This document shows, piece after piece, positions 27,155-36,424 of a DNA stretch of 64,000 bases (positions are counted from its first letter, which is position 1; every line of letters begins with the position of its first letter). Made by a program: the position numbers and the translations under genes. The stretch spans positions 186,001-250,000 of IMG/VR virus record IMGVR_UViG_3300046787_000200; one strand, written 5' to 3'. Under the pieces are notes generated by a model, which did no database searches, had not been told where the DNA came from, and was given only the letters and a program-made list of their open reading frames with translations.

Positions 27155-27624
27155 TTTTCAATCACATTAAAGAATTAAAAGCACAAGGAAAGAAGATCGG
27201 TATTACTTTTAGTACATTTGATCTTTTACATGCCGGTCATGTAGCTATGTTGAGTGAAGCAAAGAATCATTGTGATTACTTAATTTGTGGACTGCAAACT
27301 GACCCTACAATTGATCGACCTGATACTAAGAACAAACCAATTCAAAGTATTGTAGAACGACAGATTCAATTAGCGGCTTGTCGCTATGTTGATGAAGTAG
27401 TTGTATATCAAACTGAACAGGACCTCATTGACCTACTGCTTATTCTACCATTAGATGTTCGCATTTTGGGCGTAGAGTATGCAGATAAAGAGTTTACCGG
27501 AAGATGGGAAGGTAGTGAGCGCGGCATTGAACTTGTGTTCAATGGTCGTGACCATAGTTTCAGTAGTAGTAGTTTAAGAAAACGAGTAGCAGATGCTCAA
27601 ATTATAAATACACTTAATAAATAA
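27151..27624 (+). CDS. Glycerol-3-phosphate cytidylyltransferase-like (TagD family)
   Basis: TFDLLHAGH, CRYVDEV, RDHSFSSSSLR. Confidence 0.85.
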   Translation: MIFNHIKELKAQGKKIGITFSTFDLLHAGHVAMLSEAKNHCDYLICGLQTDPTIDRPDTKNKPIQSIVERQIQLAACRYVDEVVVYQTEQDLIDLLLILPLDVRILGVEYADKEFTGRWEGSERGIELVFNGRDHSFSSSSLRKRVADAQIINTLNK

Positions 27625-27625
27625 T

Positions 27626-28420
27626 ATGCCAAAAAGAATACTAATAATGGGTCTTCCAGGATCCGGAAAAACATACCTAGCACAGCACATTGTAGACCAT
27701 CTACAAGCTGAAAAGAAAAAAGTTGGTTGGTTAAATGCCGATGACGTTCGTAAAAAGTACAACGATTGGGACTTTAGTACTGAAGGTCGTATTCGTCAAA
27801 GCCATCGTATGCGTGAATTAGCAGATGCAATGACTAATGTTGATTATGTGATATGTGACTTTGTTGCACCACTTGTTGAAATGCGTAACAACTTCAAAGC
27901 AGACTGGACTATTTGGGTTGATACCATTGACAAAGGTCGTTTTGAAGATACTAATAAAGCCTTTATTCCACCTGATGTATATGACTTTAGAATCACAGAA
28001 CAACATGGTGAAAAGTGGGGTGAGTTCATTGCCGCACATATCTTAGATAATAGACGCAGACCGATATTTGATTGGCAAAAAGAAACAGTACAGATGTTAG
28101 GCCGCTGGCAACCATGGCATGAAGGACATCGTAAATTATTTGAACGATCTATTGCCAAGACAGGACAGGTTGTAATACAGATACGTGATTGTCAAGGATG
28201 GAATGGTTCTAATCCATTTGCCATCGAACAAGTAAAGAACTTTATTAAACGTGATTTAGATATGTTATATCAAGGTCAATATGAAATTCAAATTGTTCCA
28301 AATATTGTTAATATTACATATGGTCGTGATGTTGGATATAAGATTGAACAAGAAACTTTTGATGATGCTACACATTCTATTAGTGCCACAAAGATTCGCA
28401 AGGAGATGGGCCTTAAGTAA
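27626..28420 (+). CDS. Adenylylsulfate-kinase-like P-loop domain fused to an HxGH nucleotidyltransferase
   Basis: GLPGSGKT, LNADDVRK, DFSTEGR; GRWQPWHEGH, ISATKIR. Confidence 0.8.
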   Translation: MPKRILIMGLPGSGKTYLAQHIVDHLQAEKKKVGWLNADDVRKKYNDWDFSTEGRIRQSHRMRELADAMTNVDYVICDFVAPLVEMRNNFKADWTIWVDTIDKGRFEDTNKAFIPPDVYDFRITEQHGEKWGEFIAAHILDNRRRPIFDWQKETVQMLGRWQPWHEGHRKLFERSIAKTGQVVIQIRDCQGWNGSNPFAIEQVKNFIKRDLDMLYQGQYEIQIVPNIVNITYGRDVGYKIEQETFDDATHSISATKIRKEMGLK

Positions 28421-29010
28421 TGTTTTCTGATTTGAAGTTACCTATAGTAATTATTTCATCAATACGTACAGGATCTACCGGCCTTCTTTTTGAATTAGAA
28501 AAGATATTTTTAGAAAAGGGTATCAGTCCTGTAGTATTAAATGAACCTATAGTATATAACAACAAATCAGATTCAGTTATACCATTTTTAAAATCTATCA
28601 ATACTAATCAATTTATTCTTAAAGTACATGCATATGATTTACAATATTACCCAAAATATTTTATTAAAAAACTAGAAAATAATTCATATAATATTATAAG
28701 ATTGCGTAGAAAATCAATAATTGATCAATGCTTAAGTTTATATATTAGTCTATATACAAAAATTTGGATTAATACTACTGAAACAAATAAACAGTTAGAA
28801 AATACTACTATTGAAATATCTGAACAATTATTACATAAAACAATTGAGGATGTTAAAAAATTTAATAAAGCTATTGATAATTGTGCATATAAATTTTCAT
28901 TAGATTTAATCTATGAGGATTTGGAATTAACAAAAACGTTTACGGTAAAAAGAAAAACGTCAATAACATACGAAGAACTAAGAAGTCGTATTTCCAAAAT
29001 GATTACATGA
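28420..29010 (+). CDS. Sulfotransferase-like protein (AT-rich)
   Basis: SSIRTGSTGL 5'-PSB-like loop; LRRKSIIDQCLS 3'-PB-like; YEDL. Confidence 0.6.
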   Translation: MFSDLKLPIVIISSIRTGSTGLLFELEKIFLEKGISPVVLNEPIVYNNKSDSVIPFLKSINTNQFILKVHAYDLQYYPKYFIKKLENNSYNIIRLRRKSIIDQCLSLYISLYTKIWINTTETNKQLENTTIEISEQLLHKTIEDVKKFNKAIDNCAYKFSLDLIYEDLELTKTFTVKRKTSITYEELRSRISKMIT

Positions 29011-29023
29011 GTTAAATATCACA

Positions 29024-29089
29024 ACCGGTCTCTTTGGGCTCACCCCGGTATACAAATTCTGCGTCCTATGCTATAATCTAACATAGGAG
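29024..29089 (+). ncRNA. Candidate preQ1-I-like riboswitch variant with anti-SD hairpin
   Basis: ACCGG/CCGGT stem, loop U...CACC, A-rich tail; TCCTATG/CATAGGA stem covers the SD; TAAATA at 29013. Confidence 0.5.
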
Positions 29090-29095
29090 AAATCA

Positions 29096-29578
29096 ATGGC
29101 AAATAAAAAATTCTTTTCAACAAAAACATACAGACAAATAGGTCCTGTCGCATACCGTCAATGGCGTGCTGATAGTCATTGTAATTTGATTCATGGCTAT
29201 GCTATGAGTTTTCACTTTGAGTTTGAAGCCGACACACTAGATGCTCGTAATTGGGTAACTGACTTCGGTGGACTACGCCCACTTAAAGATAAACTAGAAG
29301 AATGGTTTGACCATACTCTATTAGTCGCACAAGATGATCCTATGCGTGATGAACTATTGCGTTTAGGTGAATTGAAACTAGCAAAGATTACAGAAGTAGA
29401 ACGCACTGGCTGTGAAGGTATTGCTGACTTCTTGTATGAATACATTAACACAATCTTCTTGCCCAATTGCGGTAGTGAAGAAGCTAAACGTGTATGGTGC
29501 TGTAGAGTAGAGGTCCGTGAGACTGATAGTAATATGGCAGGGCGTGGTGGTCACCGAGAAGATAGAGAGTTTGAATGA
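29096..29578 (+). CDS. queD: 6-carboxy-5,6,7,8-tetrahydropterin synthase
   Basis: SHCNLIHGY (CxxxHG), WVTDFGGL, FDHT, VEVRET. Confidence 0.9.
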   Translation: MANKKFFSTKTYRQIGPVAYRQWRADSHCNLIHGYAMSFHFEFEADTLDARNWVTDFGGLRPLKDKLEEWFDHTLLVAQDDPMRDELLRLGELKLAKITEVERTGCEGIADFLYEYINTIFLPNCGSEEAKRVWCCRVEVRETDSNMAGRGGHREDREFE

Positions 29579-30750
29579 GCAAAAGAGTAGCAGTAATCGG
29601 TGCAGGCATTACCGGCATCACAACAGCATATTACCTTGCTAAACAAGGTTATCAAGTACACGTGTACGAACAAGAGCCTTACCCCGCAATGCGTACTAGC
29701 TTTGCTAACGGGGGTCAGGTCTCTGTAAGTAACAGCGAAGTATGGACTACATGGAGTAACGTCAAGAAGGGCATCAAGTGGCTCTTTAAGAAAGATGCTC
29801 CACTACTCATTCGCCCTCGTTTAGATTTCAAACAATGGAAGTGGATCGCAAAGTTCTTATACAATACTGCCACCAATCAGTATGAAAAGAACACTAGCGA
29901 AACAATTAAAATGGGCCTAGAATCTAGTAAGTTGTACAAAGAGATTATTTACACAGAGAAACTATCGTTCGACCAATCACCTAGTGGCATCTTGCACTTC
30001 TACAAAGACGACCAATACTTTGAAGCCGCTAAACAAGCACAAACTATCTATCGTAGTAATGGTTGCGAGTGGGATATTGTTAGTACACAAAAAGTTAAAG
30101 AACTAGAAAGTAAACTAGAATCTGTTAAAGGTATTGTAGGTGGTGCTTGGACATTAAGTGATTGGACCGGAGACATTCACAAGTTTTGTATTGAACTAGA
30201 GAAAGTATTAAAGAAGAAATACGGTGTAGCCTTCATTTACAATACAACAGTTACCAAAGAGTATATGCAACAGCTAGTTAATTTGTATGATAGTGTTGTT
30301 GTGTCAGCGGGTGTAGGTAGCGTTGAAATTGCTAAGTATGTCGGTGATAACCTTGATATATATCCAGTCAAGGGTTATAGTATCACTATTAACAACGTAG
30401 ATAAGAAACACTTACCTATCGTTAGTCTATTAGATGACCAGGCAAAGATTGTTACATCAACATTGGGCAACAAGTTCCGTGTTGCAGGTACTGCTGAACT
30501 TGCAGGTGAGAACTACGATATCAGACACGATAGAGTTAAACCACTATTAGATTGGGTAAGAACTAACTTCCCGAATATCAATACGCATGATTACAGTAGT
30601 TGGGCTTGCTTGCGACCAATGACTCCTAATATGATGCCTATTACCAAATGTAGTGACAAGAATAGTAAAGTGTACTATAATACAGGACACGGTCACTTAG
30701 GCTGGACATTAGCACCATACACAGCAAAACTTATTTCGGAACAAATATGA
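29575..30750 (+). CDS. dadA: D-amino acid dehydrogenase (FAD-dependent)
   Basis: GAGITG, TSFANGGQ, YPVKGYS, RVAGTAE, LRPMTP, NTGHGHLGWT. Confidence 0.88.
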   Translation: MSKRVAVIGAGITGITTAYYLAKQGYQVHVYEQEPYPAMRTSFANGGQVSVSNSEVWTTWSNVKKGIKWLFKKDAPLLIRPRLDFKQWKWIAKFLYNTATNQYEKNTSETIKMGLESSKLYKEIIYTEKLSFDQSPSGILHFYKDDQYFEAAKQAQTIYRSNGCEWDIVSTQKVKELESKLESVKGIVGGAWTLSDWTGDIHKFCIELEKVLKKKYGVAFIYNTTVTKEYMQQLVNLYDSVVVSAGVGSVEIAKYVGDNLDIYPVKGYSITINNVDKKHLPIVSLLDDQAKIVTSTLGNKFRVAGTAELAGENYDIRHDRVKPLLDWVRTNFPNINTHDYSSWACLRPMTPNMMPITKCSDKNSKVYYNTGHGHLGWTLAPYTAKLISEQI

Positions 30751-31595
30751 GTCATTTAAAAGTATCAGAGTTATTTTACAGCATTCAAGGTGAGGGTAGA
30801 TACATGGGTGTTCCCTCCGTGTTCTTACGAACATATGGATGTAATTTTACATGCGGTGGATTCGGCATGTCTAAGGGAGAAGTTAGTAGTGAGAGAGATG
30901 TTATTGCGATTAAAGCAGAAGATTATACAGATTATAAATCCCTACCGCTTGTCAGTACGGGATGTGATAGTTACGCAAGTTGGGACCCTAGGTTTAAACA
31001 TCTTAGTCCTGTGCTCACTACCGATGCTATTGCTAGTAGCATTATGGATATACTTCCTCATGGGCGTTGGATGGATGAGCATCTTGTTATTACAGGTGGT
31101 GAACCTCTTCTCGGTTGGCAAAGAGCGTATCCAGAATTACTTTCGCATGAAAAAATGAAGGCATTGAAAGAGATTACATTTGAAACTAACGGCACACAAG
31201 AACTGAGTCAAGACCTTAAAGTATATCTACAACAATGGAAGATCAACAGAGAAAAGAATGCATTAACATTTAGTGTAAGCCCTAAATTAAGCATTAGCGG
31301 TGAGAAGTGGGAAGAAGCAATTCGTCCTGAGATTATTCATCAATATGAAAGTATAGGCTTTGTATATTTGAAGTTTGTTATTGCTACGAGTGAGGATGCA
31401 CTTGAAGCAGATAAGGCAGTTAAAGAATATCGTCACAGAGGATTTAGAGGGCCAGTATACTTTATGCCATGCGGTGGTGTAGAATCACTTTACAATCTAA
31501 ATGCTAAGAATGTAGCTATTGAAGCAATGAATCGAGGATATAGATACAGTGATAGATTGCAAGTGCCGTTGTTTAAAAATGAATGGGGAACATAA
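30747..31595 (+). CDS. queE: 7-carboxy-7-deazaguanine synthase (radical SAM)
   Basis: ELFYSIQGEG, FLRTYGCNFTC...CDS (insert in the Cys motif), TGGEP, ETNGT, SPKL. Confidence 0.92.
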   Translation: MSHLKVSELFYSIQGEGRYMGVPSVFLRTYGCNFTCGGFGMSKGEVSSERDVIAIKAEDYTDYKSLPLVSTGCDSYASWDPRFKHLSPVLTTDAIASSIMDILPHGRWMDEHLVITGGEPLLGWQRAYPELLSHEKMKALKEITFETNGTQELSQDLKVYLQQWKINREKNALTFSVSPKLSISGEKWEEAIRPEIIHQYESIGFVYLKFVIATSEDALEADKAVKEYRHRGFRGPVYFMPCGGVESLYNLNAKNVAIEAMNRGYRYSDRLQVPLFKNEWGT

Positions 31596-31777
31596 TGAAA
31601 GAAATAGTAATAACAAGAAATCAATTTGAGAAATTAAAAGAAGTTTTTGAAATGTACGACCTTGATAGAGTTGTTTGGAAAGAAAATTCATCTAGTGGCA
31701 TCGGTCCCACAGTTACAATTGAATTTGATCCAAAGAGCACAATGAAGATGGACATCACCGATGTTGATAGTTGGTAA
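31595..31777 (+). CDS. Hypothetical protein
   Basis: TAATG coupling; SSGIG...DITDVDSW. Confidence 0.7.
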   Translation: MKEIVITRNQFEKLKEVFEMYDLDRVVWKENSSSGIGPTVTIEFDPKSTMKMDITDVDSW

Positions 31778-31794
31778 TAATATAAAGGAAATTA

Positions 31795-32895
31795 ATGAGT
31801 TATTTATTTACAAGTGAGAGCGTATCGGAGGGACACCCTGATAAAATTGCAGATGCAATTAGTGATAAAGTATTAGATTTAGTAATGACACATGAGGATC
31901 GAGCATTACGTTGTGCATGTGAAACATTGGTTACTACTAATCGTGTTATTGTTGCAGGTGAGTATAAAGGAGTATTGCACAACGAAGCCGTAGAAAATGC
32001 TGTACGTGATGTTATTAAAGATGTAGGTTATGAACAATTAGGTTTTGATTGGCGTACAGTAGAGATTACTAATCTATTGCACGGACAAAGTGCTGATATT
32101 GCGTTAGGTACAGATACGTTTGGTGCAGGTGATCAAGGATTAATGTTTGGCTATGCATGCAATGAAACAGATGTACATATGCCCTCAGCTATCTATTGGG
32201 CGCATCGTATTGTAGAAGAACTAACACAGATTCGTAAGTCAGGGTCAGTTGAATGGTTAGGTCCAGATGCTAAAAGTCAAGTAACATTTGAATATAACGA
32301 TGACAATACACCTAAGCGTATTAGTAAAGTAGTGTGTTCAACGCAACACAGTGAAGGTATTGATATCAATTCAGTTAGAATGGGTGTTGAGAATATCATT
32401 CGAGGAATACTACCGGAACAATATTTAGACAATGAAACTGAATTCTTTATTAACCCAACTGGTCGATTTGTTATCGGTGGTCCTGATGGTGACACTGGGC
32501 TTACTGGCCGTAAGATTATCGTTGATACTTATGGTGGGTATAGCCCTCATGGTGGCGGAGCCTTCAGTGGCAAAGATCCTACTAAAGTGGATAGGTCTGC
32601 TGCCTACATGATGCGATATATTGCTAAAAATATTGTAGCAAGCGGACAAGCAAACTGGGCTACTTGTCAGATTAGTTATGCTATTGGTATGGCACAACCT
32701 ATGAGTTTCTACATTGAAACTGCACATACTGAACAAAGTCGCACACTAACAAAATGGGTACAAGACAATGTTGATTTGACACCTAACGGTATCATTGATC
32801 GTTTTGATTTGTTTAGACCGATCTATAGTAGCACAACTAACTATGGTCACTTTGGTAAGCCAGACTTGCCTTGGGAAAAAGTAGATTTGTTCTAA
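31795..32895 (+). CDS. metK: S-adenosylmethionine synthetase
   Basis: FTSESVSEGHPDK, GAGDQG, GGGAFSGKDPTKVDRS. Confidence 0.98.
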   Translation: MSYLFTSESVSEGHPDKIADAISDKVLDLVMTHEDRALRCACETLVTTNRVIVAGEYKGVLHNEAVENAVRDVIKDVGYEQLGFDWRTVEITNLLHGQSADIALGTDTFGAGDQGLMFGYACNETDVHMPSAIYWAHRIVEELTQIRKSGSVEWLGPDAKSQVTFEYNDDNTPKRISKVVCSTQHSEGIDINSVRMGVENIIRGILPEQYLDNETEFFINPTGRFVIGGPDGDTGLTGRKIIVDTYGGYSPHGGGAFSGKDPTKVDRSAAYMMRYIAKNIVASGQANWATCQISYAIGMAQPMSFYIETAHTEQSRTLTKWVQDNVDLTPNGIIDRFDLFRPIYSSTTNYGHFGKPDLPWEKVDLF

Positions 32896-32896
32896 A

Positions 32897-33127
32897 ATGC
32901 CACTAGACGAGTTTATATCACAGGCAGATGATTATTTCTATAAGAGATGTTTGGGGGCCGAGCTTAAATTTGCTTGGTTGCCCAAGACTTGTTATATATC
33001 CGGTAAAACTATTTGGTTGAAATACGGGTACAAAATGACAGCCATGTGGACTGGCCCTGATGATCCTGTCTTTGAACACAGATGGCACGATAAGAATACC
33101 CATATTATATGGAAACTAACGAGGTAA
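32897..33127 (+). CDS. Hypothetical protein
   Basis: FAWLP..C..SGK.IWL. Confidence 0.65.
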   Translation: MPLDEFISQADDYFYKRCLGAELKFAWLPKTCYISGKTIWLKYGYKMTAMWTGPDDPVFEHRWHDKNTHIIWKLTR

Positions 33128-33131
33128 ATAC

Positions 33132-33311
33132 ATGTATGAGTTAAGATATCTTGTCCGTCCTGGTTGGGATGGACCTGAAAAAGTGTTACAATATAGAACA
33201 CAGATTGAAGTTTCTGATTATAGTGCAGTAAATCCTAGAACTAGTGACTATATTAGAAAACTTGAATGGACAGAATGGCGTGACGTGCCAGTAGTAGATG
33301 AAACAAAATGA
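33132..33311 (+). CDS. 59-aa hypothetical protein (not in ORF track)
   Basis: GAGG RBS; VLQYR...EWRDVPVV; ATGA-coupled to the next gene. Confidence 0.65.
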   Translation: MYELRYLVRPGWDGPEKVLQYRTQIEVSDYSAVNPRTSDYIRKLEWTEWRDVPVVDETK

Positions 33312-34639
33312 GAACATACGATAAACGCATTGGATTTTTAGTAAGCTATCAAACACTAATACCGCATGGTGGTATTGGACAATTTACAAAAAGTTTTTGT
33401 GAGTTGATGGATAGTCATAACATTAAAGTAGATATCATTACTGATAAGTTACCCCAAGACAATGAGTTTATTAAATCTATTCCGACTAATATTATAGCAC
33501 CAGCAGAATCATTACGATATACTGAGCATAGTAATATTTTTATGTATGGTGATACTTTCTGTTATGAACGTATGGCTAACTTCCGTAATAGTATTATTAA
33601 AGCATTGAGTAGTAATTTATATGATGCATTAGTTTGCAATACATACGAGACTGTTCAAGTGGCTAGCACTATGGGTCTTGATGATTGCATTCAAATCATC
33701 GCATATACTCATTTAGAAAGTCAAATCTTTAAAGATACAAAGAACCCTTTCTTATACAATACAAATGCAATGATGCGACAGCAATTAGATACACCGGGAG
33801 TATATGTAGGGACTCAAAGTAAATTTAATCAATTGAATATCAGTGATACTGCGTATCATCTTCCTATCCCTATTACAGAGAAATCATTATTAGAAGAATA
33901 TCACGGACCACGTGAAGGTGTATTATTCGTTGGTCGTTGGGAAGAAGGCAAGAACCCTGAATTGTTTATTGACTTAATTGAACAGACTGGGTTGCCTGCT
34001 AAGGTTATGACTAGTCCTAATGGTGTAAAGAAGTTTGAAGATAGACTAGCAAAAATTGGTGCTGTGTTTGATGTTCGTTCTAGTATCATTGGTCAAGAGA
34101 AAGTTGATTTCATCAAGTCAAGTCGTATTGCATTTAATCCTAGTGTAGTCGAAAGTTATGGCATGGCATTCTATGAACAACACATTCAATTGCCTACGTT
34201 AGTATTAGAGAGCCAACGATGGACTAAAAACTTCAATGAAGATTTCTTTTACAAATGCACAAAGAAAGACATGGCTAAGAGTGCACAAGAGTTATATGAT
34301 AGTTTTGAGAAACCAGAAACTTGGTATAACTTAGGATCATTGGATCATGCTAAACAGCAAGAAGATAGTGTATTTCACAAGTGGAATAGTTGCTTCCGTG
34401 AATTTCAGCCTAAGTTATCTAACAGTAATACAGCTAAAATTTGTAATGAAACAACTATTACACATTCTGACTTCATTGAAAATCTAGGTCGTAGTGTAAT
34501 TTGTATTGATGATGTTCGTAGCGTGTTGACCAACAAACATAAGTTTAGAGTTATCTATACAGACAATGACACTTATTTAACTAAAGATCCAGTCTTTGAA
34601 CCAGCAGAAGAAACTAGTGAGGAATTATTTCAGTGGTAA
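33308..34639 (+). CDS. GT4-like glycosyltransferase
   Basis: HGGIGQF, LFVGRWEEGKNP, PSVVESYGMAFYE. Confidence 0.8.
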   Translation: MRTYDKRIGFLVSYQTLIPHGGIGQFTKSFCELMDSHNIKVDIITDKLPQDNEFIKSIPTNIIAPAESLRYTEHSNIFMYGDTFCYERMANFRNSIIKALSSNLYDALVCNTYETVQVASTMGLDDCIQIIAYTHLESQIFKDTKNPFLYNTNAMMRQQLDTPGVYVGTQSKFNQLNISDTAYHLPIPITEKSLLEEYHGPREGVLFVGRWEEGKNPELFIDLIEQTGLPAKVMTSPNGVKKFEDRLAKIGAVFDVRSSIIGQEKVDFIKSSRIAFNPSVVESYGMAFYEQHIQLPTLVLESQRWTKNFNEDFFYKCTKKDMAKSAQELYDSFEKPETWYNLGSLDHAKQQEDSVFHKWNSCFREFQPKLSNSNTAKICNETTITHSDFIENLGRSVICIDDVRSVLTNKHKFRVIYTDNDTYLTKDPVFEPAEETSEELFQW

Positions 34640-35466
34640 AAAAAGTTTTAATTACAGGTAACAGTGGTTACATAGGTTCACATCTTACTAAGATGTTAAA
34701 GAATGATTATGAAGTTTATGGATTAGATAAAGTAGAGCCACAAGAGTCACCTCATACATTCTATCATTGTGATATCAATCGTCAGTTTAGTTTAGAAGAT
34801 GAGTTTGATTGTGTGATTCATTTAGCCGCATTGGTTAATGTAGGTGAAAGCGAAATCAAACCTATTCCATATTACATTACTAATTTGAATGGCACAATGA
34901 ATGTGTTGAATAAAATTAAAACAAAGAACTTTATCTTTGCAAGCACAGGAGCCGCACAAGATTGTTGTAGTGCATACGGAATTAGTAAACGTGCGGCAGA
35001 AGATGTAGTTAGAGAATATTGTATCACCCATCGTCCAACACCATATACAATCTTTAGATTTTATAATGTTATTGGAAGCGAAGGCTTTGCTCCCACTAAC
35101 CCCGATGGATTGATGTATAATCTAATTATGGCTATGCAATCAAAACAGTTTACTATATTCGGTAATGATTATGATGTATCACCTGATGGCACTTGTATTA
35201 GAGATTATGTTCATGTAAATGAAATATGTGATGCATTAAAACAAGCTATTGAGAAACCTAGTAATAGTGTAGAATGTTTGGGTCACGGAGTAGGATATAC
35301 TGTAAAAGAGATTGTTGATGAGTTTCAAAAAGTCAATAATATCAACTTCAACGTGAAATACGGTTCAAGAAGAAAGGGTGATGTGGCCAGTAGTGTATTA
35401 GAAGATGTATCTCCTTATATGCGTAATTTGTATACAATAGACGAGTTGCTAAAGGTTGACAAATAA
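34633..35466 (+). CDS. NAD-dependent epimerase/dehydratase (GalE-like)
   Basis: TGNSGYIG, HLAA, YGISK, RFYNV, DGTCIRDYVHV. Confidence 0.9.
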   Translation: MVKKVLITGNSGYIGSHLTKMLKNDYEVYGLDKVEPQESPHTFYHCDINRQFSLEDEFDCVIHLAALVNVGESEIKPIPYYITNLNGTMNVLNKIKTKNFIFASTGAAQDCCSAYGISKRAAEDVVREYCITHRPTPYTIFRFYNVIGSEGFAPTNPDGLMYNLIMAMQSKQFTIFGNDYDVSPDGTCIRDYVHVNEICDALKQAIEKPSNSVECLGHGVGYTVKEIVDEFQKVNNINFNVKYGSRRKGDVASSVLEDVSPYMRNLYTIDELLKVDK

Positions 35467-35484
35467 TACATTTGGGTATATAAT
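35456..35484 (+). promoter_or_regulatory. Consensus sigma70 early promoter
   Basis: TTGACA-17-TATAAT. Confidence 0.85.
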
Positions 35485-35518
35485 AGAGTCTTATTCAGTT
35501 GATTTACAGGGTAACAAA

Positions 35519-35680
35519 ATGTCAGAAAAAGTAGAGCTTTATTGCACCCAAAATGACGAAGGTCAATGGCTTGTTTGGTTCCCTCATCCCTTAGGCGGTA
35601 TGAATGTCTTGGAAACATTCGACAATGAAACCGACGCTAGGGCTTTTCACCAAGATCAAATTGATAGTGCTGAAATTTGA
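35519..35680 (+). CDS. Small hypothetical early protein
   Basis: Lies between two promoters; its stop is inside the next -35 box. Confidence 0.65.
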   Translation: MSEKVELYCTQNDEGQWLVWFPHPLGGMNVLETFDNETDARAFHQDQIDSAEI

Positions 35681-35705
35681 CAATAAATGGCAATTGTGCT
35701 ATAAT
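35677..35705 (+). promoter_or_regulatory. Consensus sigma70 early promoter
   Basis: TTGACA-17-TATAAT with extended TG. Confidence 0.85.
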
Positions 35706-35739
35706 ACTTGTATTGAGTTAATTAAAGGAATATAGATAT

Positions 35740-36411
35740 ATGGTTACGCAAACTAAATCGTTCAAATTGCCTAAAAATTTTCCACCAGTGGACAATGGTA
35801 GTGTATACAAAGAAATTACAAAAGTCATTAAAAACAATGAATTTGTATTTGATTTGGATAACCAAATATCAATGTTGGCATTACAAAAAATGTTACCAGA
35901 GTATCCTTTTACTAAGGTTGCTGATTGTGTTTTGAATGTAGCTGAAAACTTTTTAGGTAAAAGTCTCTCTAGAAGAAAATATATTGATAGTATGTCATTT
36001 CAAGGTAATCTAGTTGATTATATTCCGGTAGCTGATATCAAAGCTTTGTGGGACGCTAGTCCTAAAGAATGGGTATACACTATTGTATACAATGGTAAAA
36101 TTGTTAAAATTGGCATGACTAGTTCGGGATTATCATCTAGGTATACTTCATATAAATCCGGAACTACCTTAGCAATGATTAAGGGTAGTTGTGCTACAAC
36201 TAATTTTGTAGTTACACAATGCAATTATCTCGCATTATTGAAGAATATTAAGGTTGAAATTTTTGCATATGAAATTCCTCAGTTGATTACTGAGCAGATT
36301 ATTTTTGGCAAAAAAGAAAAAGTGCTAAATAAAGTAGCACATCAATTTGAATCTACCTTAATCAATATATACAAAGATTCAAAAGGATATATTCCACCTT
36401 TGTGCGGATAA
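35740..36411 (+). CDS. GIY-YIG-family endonuclease, putative restriction enzyme
   Basis: WVYTIVYNGKIVKIGMT...LSSRY; HQFESTLI; adjacent MTase. Confidence 0.6.
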   Translation: MVTQTKSFKLPKNFPPVDNGSVYKEITKVIKNNEFVFDLDNQISMLALQKMLPEYPFTKVADCVLNVAENFLGKSLSRRKYIDSMSFQGNLVDYIPVADIKALWDASPKEWVYTIVYNGKIVKIGMTSSGLSSRYTSYKSGTTLAMIKGSCATTNFVVTQCNYLALLKNIKVEIFAYEIPQLITEQIIFGKKEKVLNKVAHQFESTLINIYKDSKGYIPPLCG

Positions 36412-36424
36412 TTATAAAAACTTA

